Origin: a phage
Sequence record: PZ452611.1
Strand: one strand, 5' to 3'
Length of the DNA stretch: 64,000 bases
Part shown: positions 56,484 to 64,000 of the stretch, piece by piece
Layout: every line of letters starts with the position of its first letter
Numbering within the stretch: the stretch's first letter is position 1
Notes under the pieces: model-generated
Databases searched by the model: none
Seen by the model: only the letters and a program-made list of their open reading frames with translations
What the model was told of the DNA's origin: nothing
Program-made: the position numbers and the translations under genes

Positions 56484-57064
56484 TAAGCATCTGCAAGATC
56501 GGCCTTACCTTGTACCAAATTGATCCCATCTAGGAACCCAGGTTCAGATACTTCACAGGCCTTAACCATCAACTTTTTATCCATCGTAACAGGTTTCTTC
56601 ACAGTATGCTCTTTACCTGTCTTTTTGTCAAGCTTTTTCTTCTCCTCGAAAGCAAGTTCCTCAGGAAGATGACTACGAGCAAACTTTTTGGCAGTTGTTG
56701 GTGTCACTGTGTGGACCTTAAATAGGCCGTCATTTTCACAATCAGCTAAAGCATCCCAAAGCATAACTTCAAGACCGTAAAACAATCCAGCCAGTTCACG
56801 TGTGGCATCCCCGCGTGATCCAAAGGAAAGCCCTTCCATAACTACGGTGTCAACGCCGTGCGTGTGGATATAATATCTGACCTGTTTGCAGATCCAGTCA
56901 ATACGCTCAGCAGCTGTTGCAAAAGAAACCGTCCCTGGTTTCTTCTCTTTTGCAGATGAGCTTTGAGTTCGTAACACAACCTTATGAACAGGCTTTCCAT
57001 CGTCCCATACAACGCAAGCTGTGTGTGTCAACGACTGGTCTATGGATAATAGACGCTCTCTCAT
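56435..57064 (-). CDS. RuvC-like Holliday junction resolvase
   Basis: LLSIDQSLTHTACVV (RuvC ILGIDPGSRVTGYGV-like), VVMEG, DLADAYWIGRAHL acidic residues. Confidence 0.5.
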   Translation of the reverse strand: MRERLLSIDQSLTHTACVVWDDGKPVHKVVLRTQSSSAKEKKPGTVSFATAAERIDWICKQVRYYIHTHGVDTVVMEGLSFGSRGDATRELAGLFYGLEVMLWDALADCENDGLFKVHTVTPTTAKKFARSHLPEELAFEEKKKLDKKTGKEHTVKKPVTMDKKLMVKACEVSEPGFLDGINLVQGKADLADAYWIGRAHLEGLSQSVK

Positions 57065-57393
57065 ACTTCCTCATCCTCCTCTCCTTCATCAGGAGCATAA
57101 GCCTTATCTTTGAACAAGACGAGAGAGCAAAGCTTAACATCTGTTTCCACACTGGTGAACATGCATAACCGCTCGCCCTCAATCAGTTCACAATCCTCTT
57201 TTAAAACAGCAGACCATACACGGTCATCTGCGTAATCATCCGTGTACAGGATGTATGAAATGGTGTCATCTTCATACAACCGCCACATACCTGTGGCAAC
57301 AACGAATGTATTTTTTGTTTTAAGTGTCCCTGTTGTATGATCATCCTCAAAAACAGCTTCCATAATTGCGTTATCTACAGCATTTTTAGTCAT
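57061..57393 (-). CDS. hypothetical protein
   Basis: 110-aa ORF. Confidence 0.4.
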   Translation of the reverse strand: MTKNAVDNAIMEAVFEDDHTTGTLKTKNTFVVATGMWRLYEDDTISYILYTDDYADDRVWSAVLKEDCELIEGERLCMFTSVETDVKLCSLVLFKDKAYAPDEGEEDEEV

Positions 57394-58532
57394 CAGATTG
57401 CTCCAACATTTCTAAGAACGTTAACAAGTTTTGTCTGGTCATTAAATGTCCGCTTCATATACAAACAGTCAAAAATTATACTCATCCATTGACCTACGGA
57501 AATTCTACGATCAATACCATTGAAGTCAGTATACTTAACAACACCTTTCGGGAACCACTTCTTGTACTGATCAATAATAGCCACCCACATCTCCTTTGGA
57601 GTGCTGCACTGAGACAGTAGGTAGAATGCTGAGGCATCCCCAAACTTACCCTTACCGATAAGTCCTTGATACGGCTTGATGTTGTCAGCAGAGTCACCAC
57701 ACAGCATTTGGTATCCGAAGAACAGCATTCCGTAACCACCAACCTCTCCATTAGGCTTCATGAAGATGTTACCCATACCGTTATCGATCAGCATAGGGGT
57801 TTCCCTTACAAAATCTCCCTTATCGTTTCGCATAGGATCGAACACAAGCCCTGGTAGTGTTCTTTGGTCCTTATCAATAGAGATAATAAACTTGTTGAAC
57901 TTACCTGTTTTTTGGTAGTGGTTCCAACCTTCAAATTGCTGGATAGCTAACCAGTCGTCAGCCTCGATACCGTTGATCACTTGAGCATTATACTGCTTTT
58001 GGAGATACTGTCTTGCATCTCCAAGCAGCAGTGGTCGAAGAGTATTGTTACGGTTGGCTTTATATCTTTCCGGCATTGGAAGATCTAGCCTGAAGTTACC
58101 TGTGCCTCCAAGTACCCCAACGCACCGATCTTCCGGAATACCGAGATAATTAAGGACTGCATTAGCTTTACACTTAATTGTGTGCAAGCAGTTCTCTACA
58201 GGATCAGGGGTTTGGATATCCAAGACATCGAAATCCTCTCGTGTCCACGGAATAAACTCCTTGCCAGCCTTTTTACATGCAGCTTCACGGTTGGTATTCT
58301 CAGCTTTTAACCAACCACCAACGGTGTTCTTCTGCCGCCCCCAGAACTCTGTTCGTGTTTTAAACATCTTCTTACGTCCGGAGGCTTTGTGTGTTACCTC
58401 AATTGTCCTTTTTTCACAACTTGCTGCAGCTTGATATGCAACCTGATCGAAGTCATAATAAACTATAGCGTCAGGTTCAAGAAGATCAGCCAGACAATCT
58501 ATGGACTCAATAAGTGGATATTCTCTACTCAA
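57393..58532 (-). CDS. 5'-3' exonuclease / flap endonuclease (T5 D15 / RNase H family)
   Basis: GIEADDWLA motif (FEN G.EADD); 379 aa. Confidence 0.6.
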   Translation of the reverse strand: MSREYPLIESIDCLADLLEPDAIVYYDFDQVAYQAAASCEKRTIEVTHKASGRKKMFKTRTEFWGRQKNTVGGWLKAENTNREAACKKAGKEFIPWTREDFDVLDIQTPDPVENCLHTIKCKANAVLNYLGIPEDRCVGVLGGTGNFRLDLPMPERYKANRNNTLRPLLLGDARQYLQKQYNAQVINGIEADDWLAIQQFEGWNHYQKTGKFNKFIISIDKDQRTLPGLVFDPMRNDKGDFVRETPMLIDNGMGNIFMKPNGEVGGYGMLFFGYQMLCGDSADNIKPYQGLIGKGKFGDASAFYLLSQCSTPKEMWVAIIDQYKKWFPKGVVKYTDFNGIDRRISVGQWMSIIFDCLYMKRTFNDQTKLVNVLRNVGAI

Positions 58533-58833
58533 AGACCCTCCTGTTAGTTATTCTGCAAGATGGTTGGATGCTGTAATGGAATGCATCATCACTTTCTGCA
58601 ATAAGTGACTCAACATCCCAATACTTTTCAAAAAGGAACGGATTAGAACCCCAGTGATGAGTTATTTTCATCAAGGAGTCTGGTATCAGATAACCAGAGA
58701 TCTTAACTACATCGCCAGGTTGAATTGTGTTTTCATGAAGGTTGCTTGCCTTCTTCAGGATCATACCTTTATGATTCTCGTTTGCATACAACTGGACAAT
58801 ATCTTTATCTTCAACAATAAAAATTTTAAGCAT
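58525..58833 (-). CDS. hypothetical protein
   Basis: ORF. Confidence 0.4.
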   Translation of the reverse strand: MLKIFIVEDKDIVQLYANENHKGMILKKASNLHENTIQPGDVVKISGYLIPDSLMKITHHWGSNPFLFEKYWDVESLIAESDDAFHYSIQPSCRITNRRVFE

Positions 58834-58892
58834 ATCTAGTTCTCCTGGTTTATAAATATCTGAACGATAATATCAGATTAATAACACTTTTG

Positions 58893-59186
58893 TCAAGACT
58901 TTTTAGTCTTTCTTGGAGAGCTTTTTGTTGATCTTTTCCTTTTGTGGTAGATTCCAAGTGCAGCGTTTTCTTGGGCGCACGTTTTAACAGTTCTCAGACA
59001 AGAACTTTCAGCTTTAGGCAGGTTTAACTCCCACCAACCAAGCCAGTAAAGTTCTGATTCAGACAACTGCTCAGATTCAGCCTTCCGATACAAGGTTCGC
59101 ATACCTCTGATGATATCGTCCAGAGGTGTATCGAATACAAAAGCTGTCTTATCGAATTTCTCTTTTACAGGTCTCTTAGCCATCAA
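58893..59186 (-). CDS. hypothetical protein
   Basis: ORF; basic C-terminus. Confidence 0.4.
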   Translation of the reverse strand: MMAKRPVKEKFDKTAFVFDTPLDDIIRGMRTLYRKAESEQLSESELYWLGWWELNLPKAESSCLRTVKTCAQENAALGIYHKRKRSTKSSPRKTKKS

Positions 59187-59640
59187 GGTAACCCTCTATC
59201 CACGAAAAGTCAGTCTTCCATTCTGGAACTTTACTAAGCTCACGCCACTCTGCAAAGCAGTCTCGGTAATACGCCTCTGCCATACCTTTGGTGATCTTAT
59301 TCACCTTAGCCAACTGATTAACTGCCTGAGCATACTTTCCACGGATATTTGCTAACCCAGGATGCACCGATGTGTGACAATCTGGGCACAACGCTATCAG
59401 TCCGACAAGCCGGATCACTCCCTCTTCGAAAGTGTAAAGTTCATGGCACTCCACTGGATGTTTGCTACCTTTACCGCCGCACACCTCACAAGTGTAGTTG
59501 GCTTCTCTATAGCACTTCTTACGGATCTTATCCCACTCACTCTTCTTCACAGCGTTTCGGAGGTTATTATACCAAGCTGTTTCTGGGATCAGTTGCACAA
59601 TAAGCCTGCGTTCAGACTTCATTAAACGTCCGTCTTCCAC
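59176..59640 (-). CDS. zinc-finger HNH-like nuclease-domain protein
   Basis: CEVCG...HPVECHELY...CPDCH pattern. Confidence 0.35.
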   Translation of the reverse strand: MEDGRLMKSERRLIVQLIPETAWYNNLRNAVKKSEWDKIRKKCYREANYTCEVCGGKGSKHPVECHELYTFEEGVIRLVGLIALCPDCHTSVHPGLANIRGKYAQAVNQLAKVNKITKGMAEAYYRDCFAEWRELSKVPEWKTDFSWIEGYLDG

Positions 59641-59649
59641 GTATCCTCC

Positions 59650-59856
59650 TCATTCAAAGAAATGGGTGCGAGGGCAGGAACCTGCCTCACCTTGTTTCAC
59701 AAGTTCGTAGAGCTCACCTTGGCTTGTCTCATAAAGGCAAATACGTTTACCATTGTCCCGATATACATCGACAAGATACGCTGTTTCACCTGCAAACACG
59801 ACACCACAGGCCAGACATGCTGCCATGAACAAAATTGCCAACAGAAAATCTTTCAT
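59650..59856 (-). CDS. small secreted protein, possible lipoprotein/spanin-like
   Basis: N-terminal signal-like MKDFLLAILFMAACLACG (imperfect lipobox); immediately downstream of endolysin. Confidence 0.35.
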   Translation of the reverse strand: MKDFLLAILFMAACLACGVVFAGETAYLVDVYRDNGKRICLYETSQGELYELVKQGEAGSCPRTHFFE

Positions 59857-59919
59857 GGTTAAACCCTCCTAAACATTTTATGAGGTAAAAATACCACGTC
59901 CGTGTGGTTATGTCAATGA

Positions 59920-60390
59920 TCAATCAAGGACAACACCGCCTGCCTTTTTAAACACCTCGATCAACTTCTCAATCTTCTGTTCATGCTGACCATATCCAGC
60001 ACCAGGTAACGAAGCCCAGCGGGAACGGCATTTATGGATAGCCTCGTGGATACGCCCTTCGTCAATGTCAGCGAGAGCCTTGCACTCACGGATCAGTTGC
60101 AACGCAATCTTGTCCTGACTGGCAGGGCCAAAATCTGGTAATCCTAACTGTTTCATATAGTGTTTAGCAAACTTCTCCAAAACCTGGTAACGCCCAGCAG
60201 CGGAGGAGGTAAGTTTAGCATTTAGCTTAACGTAAACACCGGGGTGCTTGCTGTAATCGCTGAACAGCTTGCCGCCGACTATGACATCGTACCCCCGATC
60301 CTTGGTAGGTTGTCTACCATTATCTGTGCCTTCCGAATATGCGATCATATCCAAGAAAGCTTTTCGTTGAACATTTTTATCAAGTTTCAT
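59920..60390 (-). CDS. endolysin, lambda R-like lytic transglycosylase
   Basis: NVQRKAFLDMIAYSEGTDNGRQPTKDRGYDVIVGG...WASLPGAGYGQ nearly co-linear with lambda R (NQRKAFLDMLAWSEGTDNGRQ...GYDVIVGG...WASLPGAGYGQ). Confidence 0.85.
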   Translation of the reverse strand: MKLDKNVQRKAFLDMIAYSEGTDNGRQPTKDRGYDVIVGGKLFSDYSKHPGVYVKLNAKLTSSAAGRYQVLEKFAKHYMKQLGLPDFGPASQDKIALQLIRECKALADIDEGRIHEAIHKCRSRWASLPGAGYGQHEQKIEKLIEVFKKAGGVVLD

Positions 60391-60513
60391 TTTTCATACT
60401 CTCCAGTTTACTCATAACTAACCCGATCAACAACACTGCATAGTGTGGTTATGTAGGTGCCAATTGAAAACCATCATTCAATTGGTTACCGTTACCTACT
60501 AGACCTTCCTACA

Positions 60514-61779
60514 TTATTCCAGCACCTCCCAAGTTTCTGGATTAAGATTGCGGAATGCGATACCCACAGGGAATTGAGGCACACCGTCCACCGTACGCTG
60601 TTGGAATTTTATCGTGATAAATTTGCCAACATATGAGCAGCATTTTTCGTAGTTCCTTACGGCAAAAGTGCCTTTCATTTTGCATTTGCATTGTGTCCCA
60701 TCTTTCTCTTCGCAGATAAGAACACCTTCCCCGTTTTTATCTTTTTCAACACCGATCACTTTTGCTTCAACATCGGTGAACAGTTTCCACTTGAGCAGAT
60801 CAGTAGAGCGTTGACCGTATTCGTAGGTGCCACGGAAGTTACGAATAATAGATCCTTCATAACCTTCCTGCATGTACTGTCCGATGGAGTTGCGAACCTC
60901 TTCCTCGTTGTAGGAGATCTTGAAAGGAACACCCTCGACGTTGGTGAGATGGTTAACTTCACAATAATCAATAACTTCCTGAAGATTTGTGGCCCGATCT
61001 TCCCAGCGATGGATGCAATCAGGAACATCGAACACCATCAGTTTCAGGTCATAAGAGCAGTAACCTCCATACCGATCAGAATCACGGACAGGTTCTTCAT
61101 AAACCGGATGATCAACCTTGTTGAAGTCTTTCCATGTCTCCTCTCCGGCCTTGATCGCTTTCTCACGGCGTTTTATGTCTGCCATGAAATCCTTATCAAT
61201 TTCTTTCTCAATGTCTTCCAGACTACGCCATTTCTTAACGAGGGAGGTTATTTTCTGCAACGGTAAACCGTGAATGTAGAACTCCCCATCAAATTCATCA
61301 AAGCCTGTTTCTTCATGCAGGTCTTGTAGCTCACGGAGGATGTTACCTTTCGGCTCATACACTTTGTTACCGCGAGAGATGAATTTAGGTACACCGTCTA
61401 CGAATTTGACAAAGCAACGGTTCCCGTCAAGTTTGTGTTGCAGGTGGCATGGATACACAATAGCGTGTGGTTTTTTCGAAGCATCTTGCGCCAGCATAGG
61501 TGAAATGTCAATGGCCTCAAGGTCTTCGACATTTTCTTTGTAACCCAGCCGGACTTGCTTTTCCCATTTAGACTGCGCCTCTAAAACAGCTTGTTCTTCT
61601 GCTGTAGTTTCGTTGGATCGCCCGATGTTTTTGGCTTCACATTTTGTGGTTTTTGATTGTACAGCGCCACCAACCCTGCCGAACACAACAATAACCTCGT
61701 TGCCGCTTGTATCTACTTTCCACATCTGGATGGACCCGTCTTTATTGCGAGCATAAAGTGTTGTTTTGAATTGATGCAT
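60514..61779 (-). CDS. ATP-dependent DNA ligase
   Basis: motif I KLDGNR; 421 aa. Confidence 0.8.
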   Translation of the reverse strand: MHQFKTTLYARNKDGSIQMWKVDTSGNEVIVVFGRVGGAVQSKTTKCEAKNIGRSNETTAEEQAVLEAQSKWEKQVRLGYKENVEDLEAIDISPMLAQDASKKPHAIVYPCHLQHKLDGNRCFVKFVDGVPKFISRGNKVYEPKGNILRELQDLHEETGFDEFDGEFYIHGLPLQKITSLVKKWRSLEDIEKEIDKDFMADIKRREKAIKAGEETWKDFNKVDHPVYEEPVRDSDRYGGYCSYDLKLMVFDVPDCIHRWEDRATNLQEVIDYCEVNHLTNVEGVPFKISYNEEEVRNSIGQYMQEGYEGSIIRNFRGTYEYGQRSTDLLKWKLFTDVEAKVIGVEKDKNGEGVLICEEKDGTQCKCKMKGTFAVRNYEKCCSYVGKFITIKFQQRTVDGVPQFPVGIAFRNLNPETWEVLE

Positions 61780-62048
61780 TACTCTACCTCTTCCTTAAAA
61801 ATTTTAAACATCTCTTCTTTACTCATTACCAACCAGTCACCCATAAAATCAACAAGCCAATCACCCTGGTACAAGACTAGGTTACCAAACGGCTCTACAA
61901 GCTCACACATACGACGAAGATCTCTGGTCCGAACAGGTGACGATGTAAACACACCTGTATCAATCCACCGTTGCAGATCAGATACTGATGAAGAGCTTCC
62001 GTCAAACTGGTGTGCTTCTACAGGTTTAGCAAGATTAAATAACGGCAT
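61779..62048 (-). CDS. hypothetical protein
   Basis: ORF coupled to ligase. Confidence 0.4.
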   Translation of the reverse strand: MPLFNLAKPVEAHQFDGSSSSVSDLQRWIDTGVFTSSPVRTRDLRRMCELVEPFGNLVLYQGDWLVDFMGDWLVMSKEEMFKIFKEEVE

Positions 62049-62343
62049 TGCAGTCCTCCTTCTCTAATAGGTCTTTTATCGGGTAAACAAGCAGGTGTGG
62101 ATCGTAATAATTTATAGTTTTATTCTGCCACACTATGAACTTAATTACAACTAAATTTACCACATCTTTATCTCCATGTAGTCCAACACACAGATTTGTC
62201 CATATTTTGTGGTTGAATACTTTGCTGTCGATGTAGATCTTAGTGTCAAACTTATCCTCTATCCTACCTATAAGTTTAACCAATTCTTTCATCTGATCTC
62301 CAAACACAGCATCGTTTTCAAGATCTCTGGAGTGCTTGTACAT
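62035..62343 (-). CDS. hypothetical protein
   Basis: ORF. Confidence 0.4.
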   Translation of the reverse strand: MYKHSRDLENDAVFGDQMKELVKLIGRIEDKFDTKIYIDSKVFNHKIWTNLCVGLHGDKDVVNLVVIKFIVWQNKTINYYDPHLLVYPIKDLLEKEDCNAVI

Positions 62344-62406
62344 AACTTTCTACCTCACTTGCATACTTTCCGAAACAAGTAAAGCCGGGTAATCCCGGCT
62401 ATGTTG

Positions 62407-63120
62407 TTAAATATACTCTGTTACATCCTTGAAGCTCGAAGGCTTCATGATCTTACCTTTACTGTCAAGGAATATGATAACTTTATTACCGTTGTAGAAT
62501 TCTTCCTTGGCAACAAAACCTTCATATCGACCATCAAAGCGTCGTTCAAGATCTTTAATCTCCAACTCGATTAGTTGTTCAGCAGGCATATCTGCACTGG
62601 CACCGTGTGAATACCGTAGATGGTTGACCCGTGCAAACTTGCTGTCATTCGATTTGAGAACCTTACGCATCATCCCGCACACATCGCCGCGAAGCTGGAA
62701 CAGCAAAGCTGTTGACAACTCTGCTAAGCGGTAAGCAGACGCTCTTTGCTTAGAGGTGTTTTTCGCAGCGATCAGTGTATCATAGAACTCGCCGATCTTG
62801 AACTTAAGACCTCGCGGATTATCAAACAGGTTTGACCACTTTTCGTGATTATCATTAACAAGATAAGCGGCATAACTTGTGACAACGTGAAGATCGCAGG
62901 CCTCTTTTAGCAGGTGATCTCCACCATCACCTTTCTCCAGCTCTTCCAAAACCTCATTGAACTCTTCCTCAATGAAGCTAAGCTGTAATTCGAATGGTGT
63001 GTATGATTTTTTCACTTTAGCTGCCACACGGTTCCAGTTTTCCACCCAATTGGCAGACCAAAGGTAGTTTTCAGGCTGAGACAGTTTTTCCAGGTTGTCG
63101 ATCAGTTTAGTATTCAGCAT
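62407..63120 (-). CDS. MazG-like nucleotide pyrophosphohydrolase domain protein
   Basis: FIEEEFNEVLEELEKGD...LLKEACDLHVV resembles MazG E..E..E...D motif. Confidence 0.4.
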   Translation of the reverse strand: MLNTKLIDNLEKLSQPENYLWSANWVENWNRVAAKVKKSYTPFELQLSFIEEEFNEVLEELEKGDGGDHLLKEACDLHVVTSYAAYLVNDNHEKWSNLFDNPRGLKFKIGEFYDTLIAAKNTSKQRASAYRLAELSTALLFQLRGDVCGMMRKVLKSNDSKFARVNHLRYSHGASADMPAEQLIELEIKDLERRFDGRYEGFVAKEEFYNGNKVIIFLDSKGKIMKPSSFKDVTEYI

Positions 63121-63133
63121 TAAAGGTCTCCTT

Positions 63134-63895
63134 TTAAAGTTCCATAAAGTTTTCTACAGTTTCAATAAATGCTTTATCAGAGAAAGCGTCAACAGCACCG
63201 TTAAACCATACAGGGATCCCGCGATCCTCATATTGATAAAGGTCGCTACGTGAAATGCCACTTCCATCTGCACTCTGCGAATCATACTTGTTTACAATCA
63301 GCAGTTTTGTTCCTTTACAAGTAGCAGGAAACAATTCCCAGTTAAAATTAATAACTGTGTTAGAACAACCCACTAGGATCACCATATCATTGCTGGTGAG
63401 AGATGTCAACAGGTCATACATGTCTGTATACTTAGGAGCAACCTCGCCGAAGAACACTACATTGGGCTTAACCCAGGTATACTTGCCTGTATCTACCTCC
63501 GTGTATCCGATATTTTTAATTACATCATTACCTTCAGCATCTTCGTAGGTGATTTCAGGCAAATACCCGTGGACATGTAAAATATCTTCATGTTTTACAC
63601 CAGCACGCTCCAGCAAATCATCTACATTGGTGGTAAGGTTGATCACACGACCAGACCAGCGGGAATACCACTCAGCGATCCGAAGATGTGCAAGGTTAGG
63701 ATCAACACTGCCCAGAGCTACACGACGTGCATTGTAAAAGTCATGCACCTTATAGTAGTTCTTGGCAAAGGTGTGGATGTTGCACACCTCATCGATGCTG
63801 AAATTCTCCCACATTGCAGTGCTACCAGATCGGAAGGTGGGAATACCAGATTCTGCGCTCAAACCAGCACCAGAAATAACAATAAGTCGTCGCAT
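63134..63895 (-). CDS. Sir2-family NAD-dependent deacylase/ADP-ribosyltransferase-like protein
   Basis: GAGLSAESGIPTFR, TTNVDDLLERAG, HG, VVFFGE, VGCSNTV motifs; no Zn-ribbon cysteines. Confidence 0.7.
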   Translation of the reverse strand: MRRLIVISGAGLSAESGIPTFRSGSTAMWENFSIDEVCNIHTFAKNYYKVHDFYNARRVALGSVDPNLAHLRIAEWYSRWSGRVINLTTNVDDLLERAGVKHEDILHVHGYLPEITYEDAEGNDVIKNIGYTEVDTGKYTWVKPNVVFFGEVAPKYTDMYDLLTSLTSNDMVILVGCSNTVINFNWELFPATCKGTKLLIVNKYDSQSADGSGISRSDLYQYEDRGIPVWFNGAVDAFSDKAFIETVENFMEL

Positions 63896-63904
63896 AAATG
63901 TCCT

Positions 63905-64000
63905 TAGTAGATGTTTTGTTTGATCTCTATTCCAAACTTCTTGAATGAGTCAGCAGCAAGCATAAATTTACGAGCTGCCGATGGATTAGAAGTATGCACG
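63905..64000 (-). CDS. hypothetical protein, 3' end only (gene continues beyond window)
   Basis: open frame to window edge ending ...FKKFGIEIKQNIY-stop; AAGGAC RBS of Sir2 follows. Confidence 0.35.

Noticed and set aside
44388-61266. Plus-strand ORFs embedded in minus-arm genes (for example 51009-51428, 51389-51691, 60691-61266, 63255-63907)
   Set aside because: Lie antisense within motif-supported genes (thyX, ligase, Sir2 and others); considered non-coding.
1-64000. tRNA genes, integrase, transposase or prophage boundaries
   Set aside because: No T-loop consensus (GGTTCGAATCC-like) with acceptor-stem pairing found by eye, and no recombinase motifs seen; a tRNAscan-SE run would be decisive for tRNAs.

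Overview
This window reads as a 64-kb internal segment of a lytic dsDNA bacteriophage, probably of a Gram-negative (enterobacterial-type) host: the endolysin is lambda R-like and consensus sigma70-type promoters are abundant. No tRNA, rRNA, CRISPR array, integrase, transposase or virion structural gene was recognised. The window has two convergent transcription arms. The plus arm (1-25,349) carries a replication module: a TOPRIM primase fused to a DnaB/gp4-like helicase, a T7 gp5-like family A DNA polymerase interrupted inside motif C by a ~276-nt candidate group I intron, an SSB-like protein, an HNH-like endonuclease and a macro-domain protein. A repeat-rich AT-rich non-coding stretch (14.3-15.3 kb) follows, then a ~10-kb island (15.3-25.3 kb) of about 28 small genes, most with their own promoter, a 5'-UTR hairpin and a strong RBS. 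The arms meet in a ~2.6-kb non-coding zone (25.4-27.95 kb) with several short-repeat families, including 11 tandem ~15.5-bp units. The minus arm (64,000 down to 27,954) encodes a nucleotide-metabolism and DNA-processing module (Sir2, MazG-like, DNA ligase, endolysin, FEN, RuvC-like, Endo VII-like, DnaQ-like exonuclease, two N6-adenine methyltransferase-like proteins, dNMP kinase, HAD phosphatase, ThyX, NrdA/NrdB/glutaredoxin, NrdD/NrdG, PhoH, ClpP-like protease), then ~35 small genes including a ribosome hibernation factor (HPF/RaiA) homologue and several paralogous families. All calls rest on motif recognition by eye; no database search or computation was run, and novelty cannot be verified from sequence alone.
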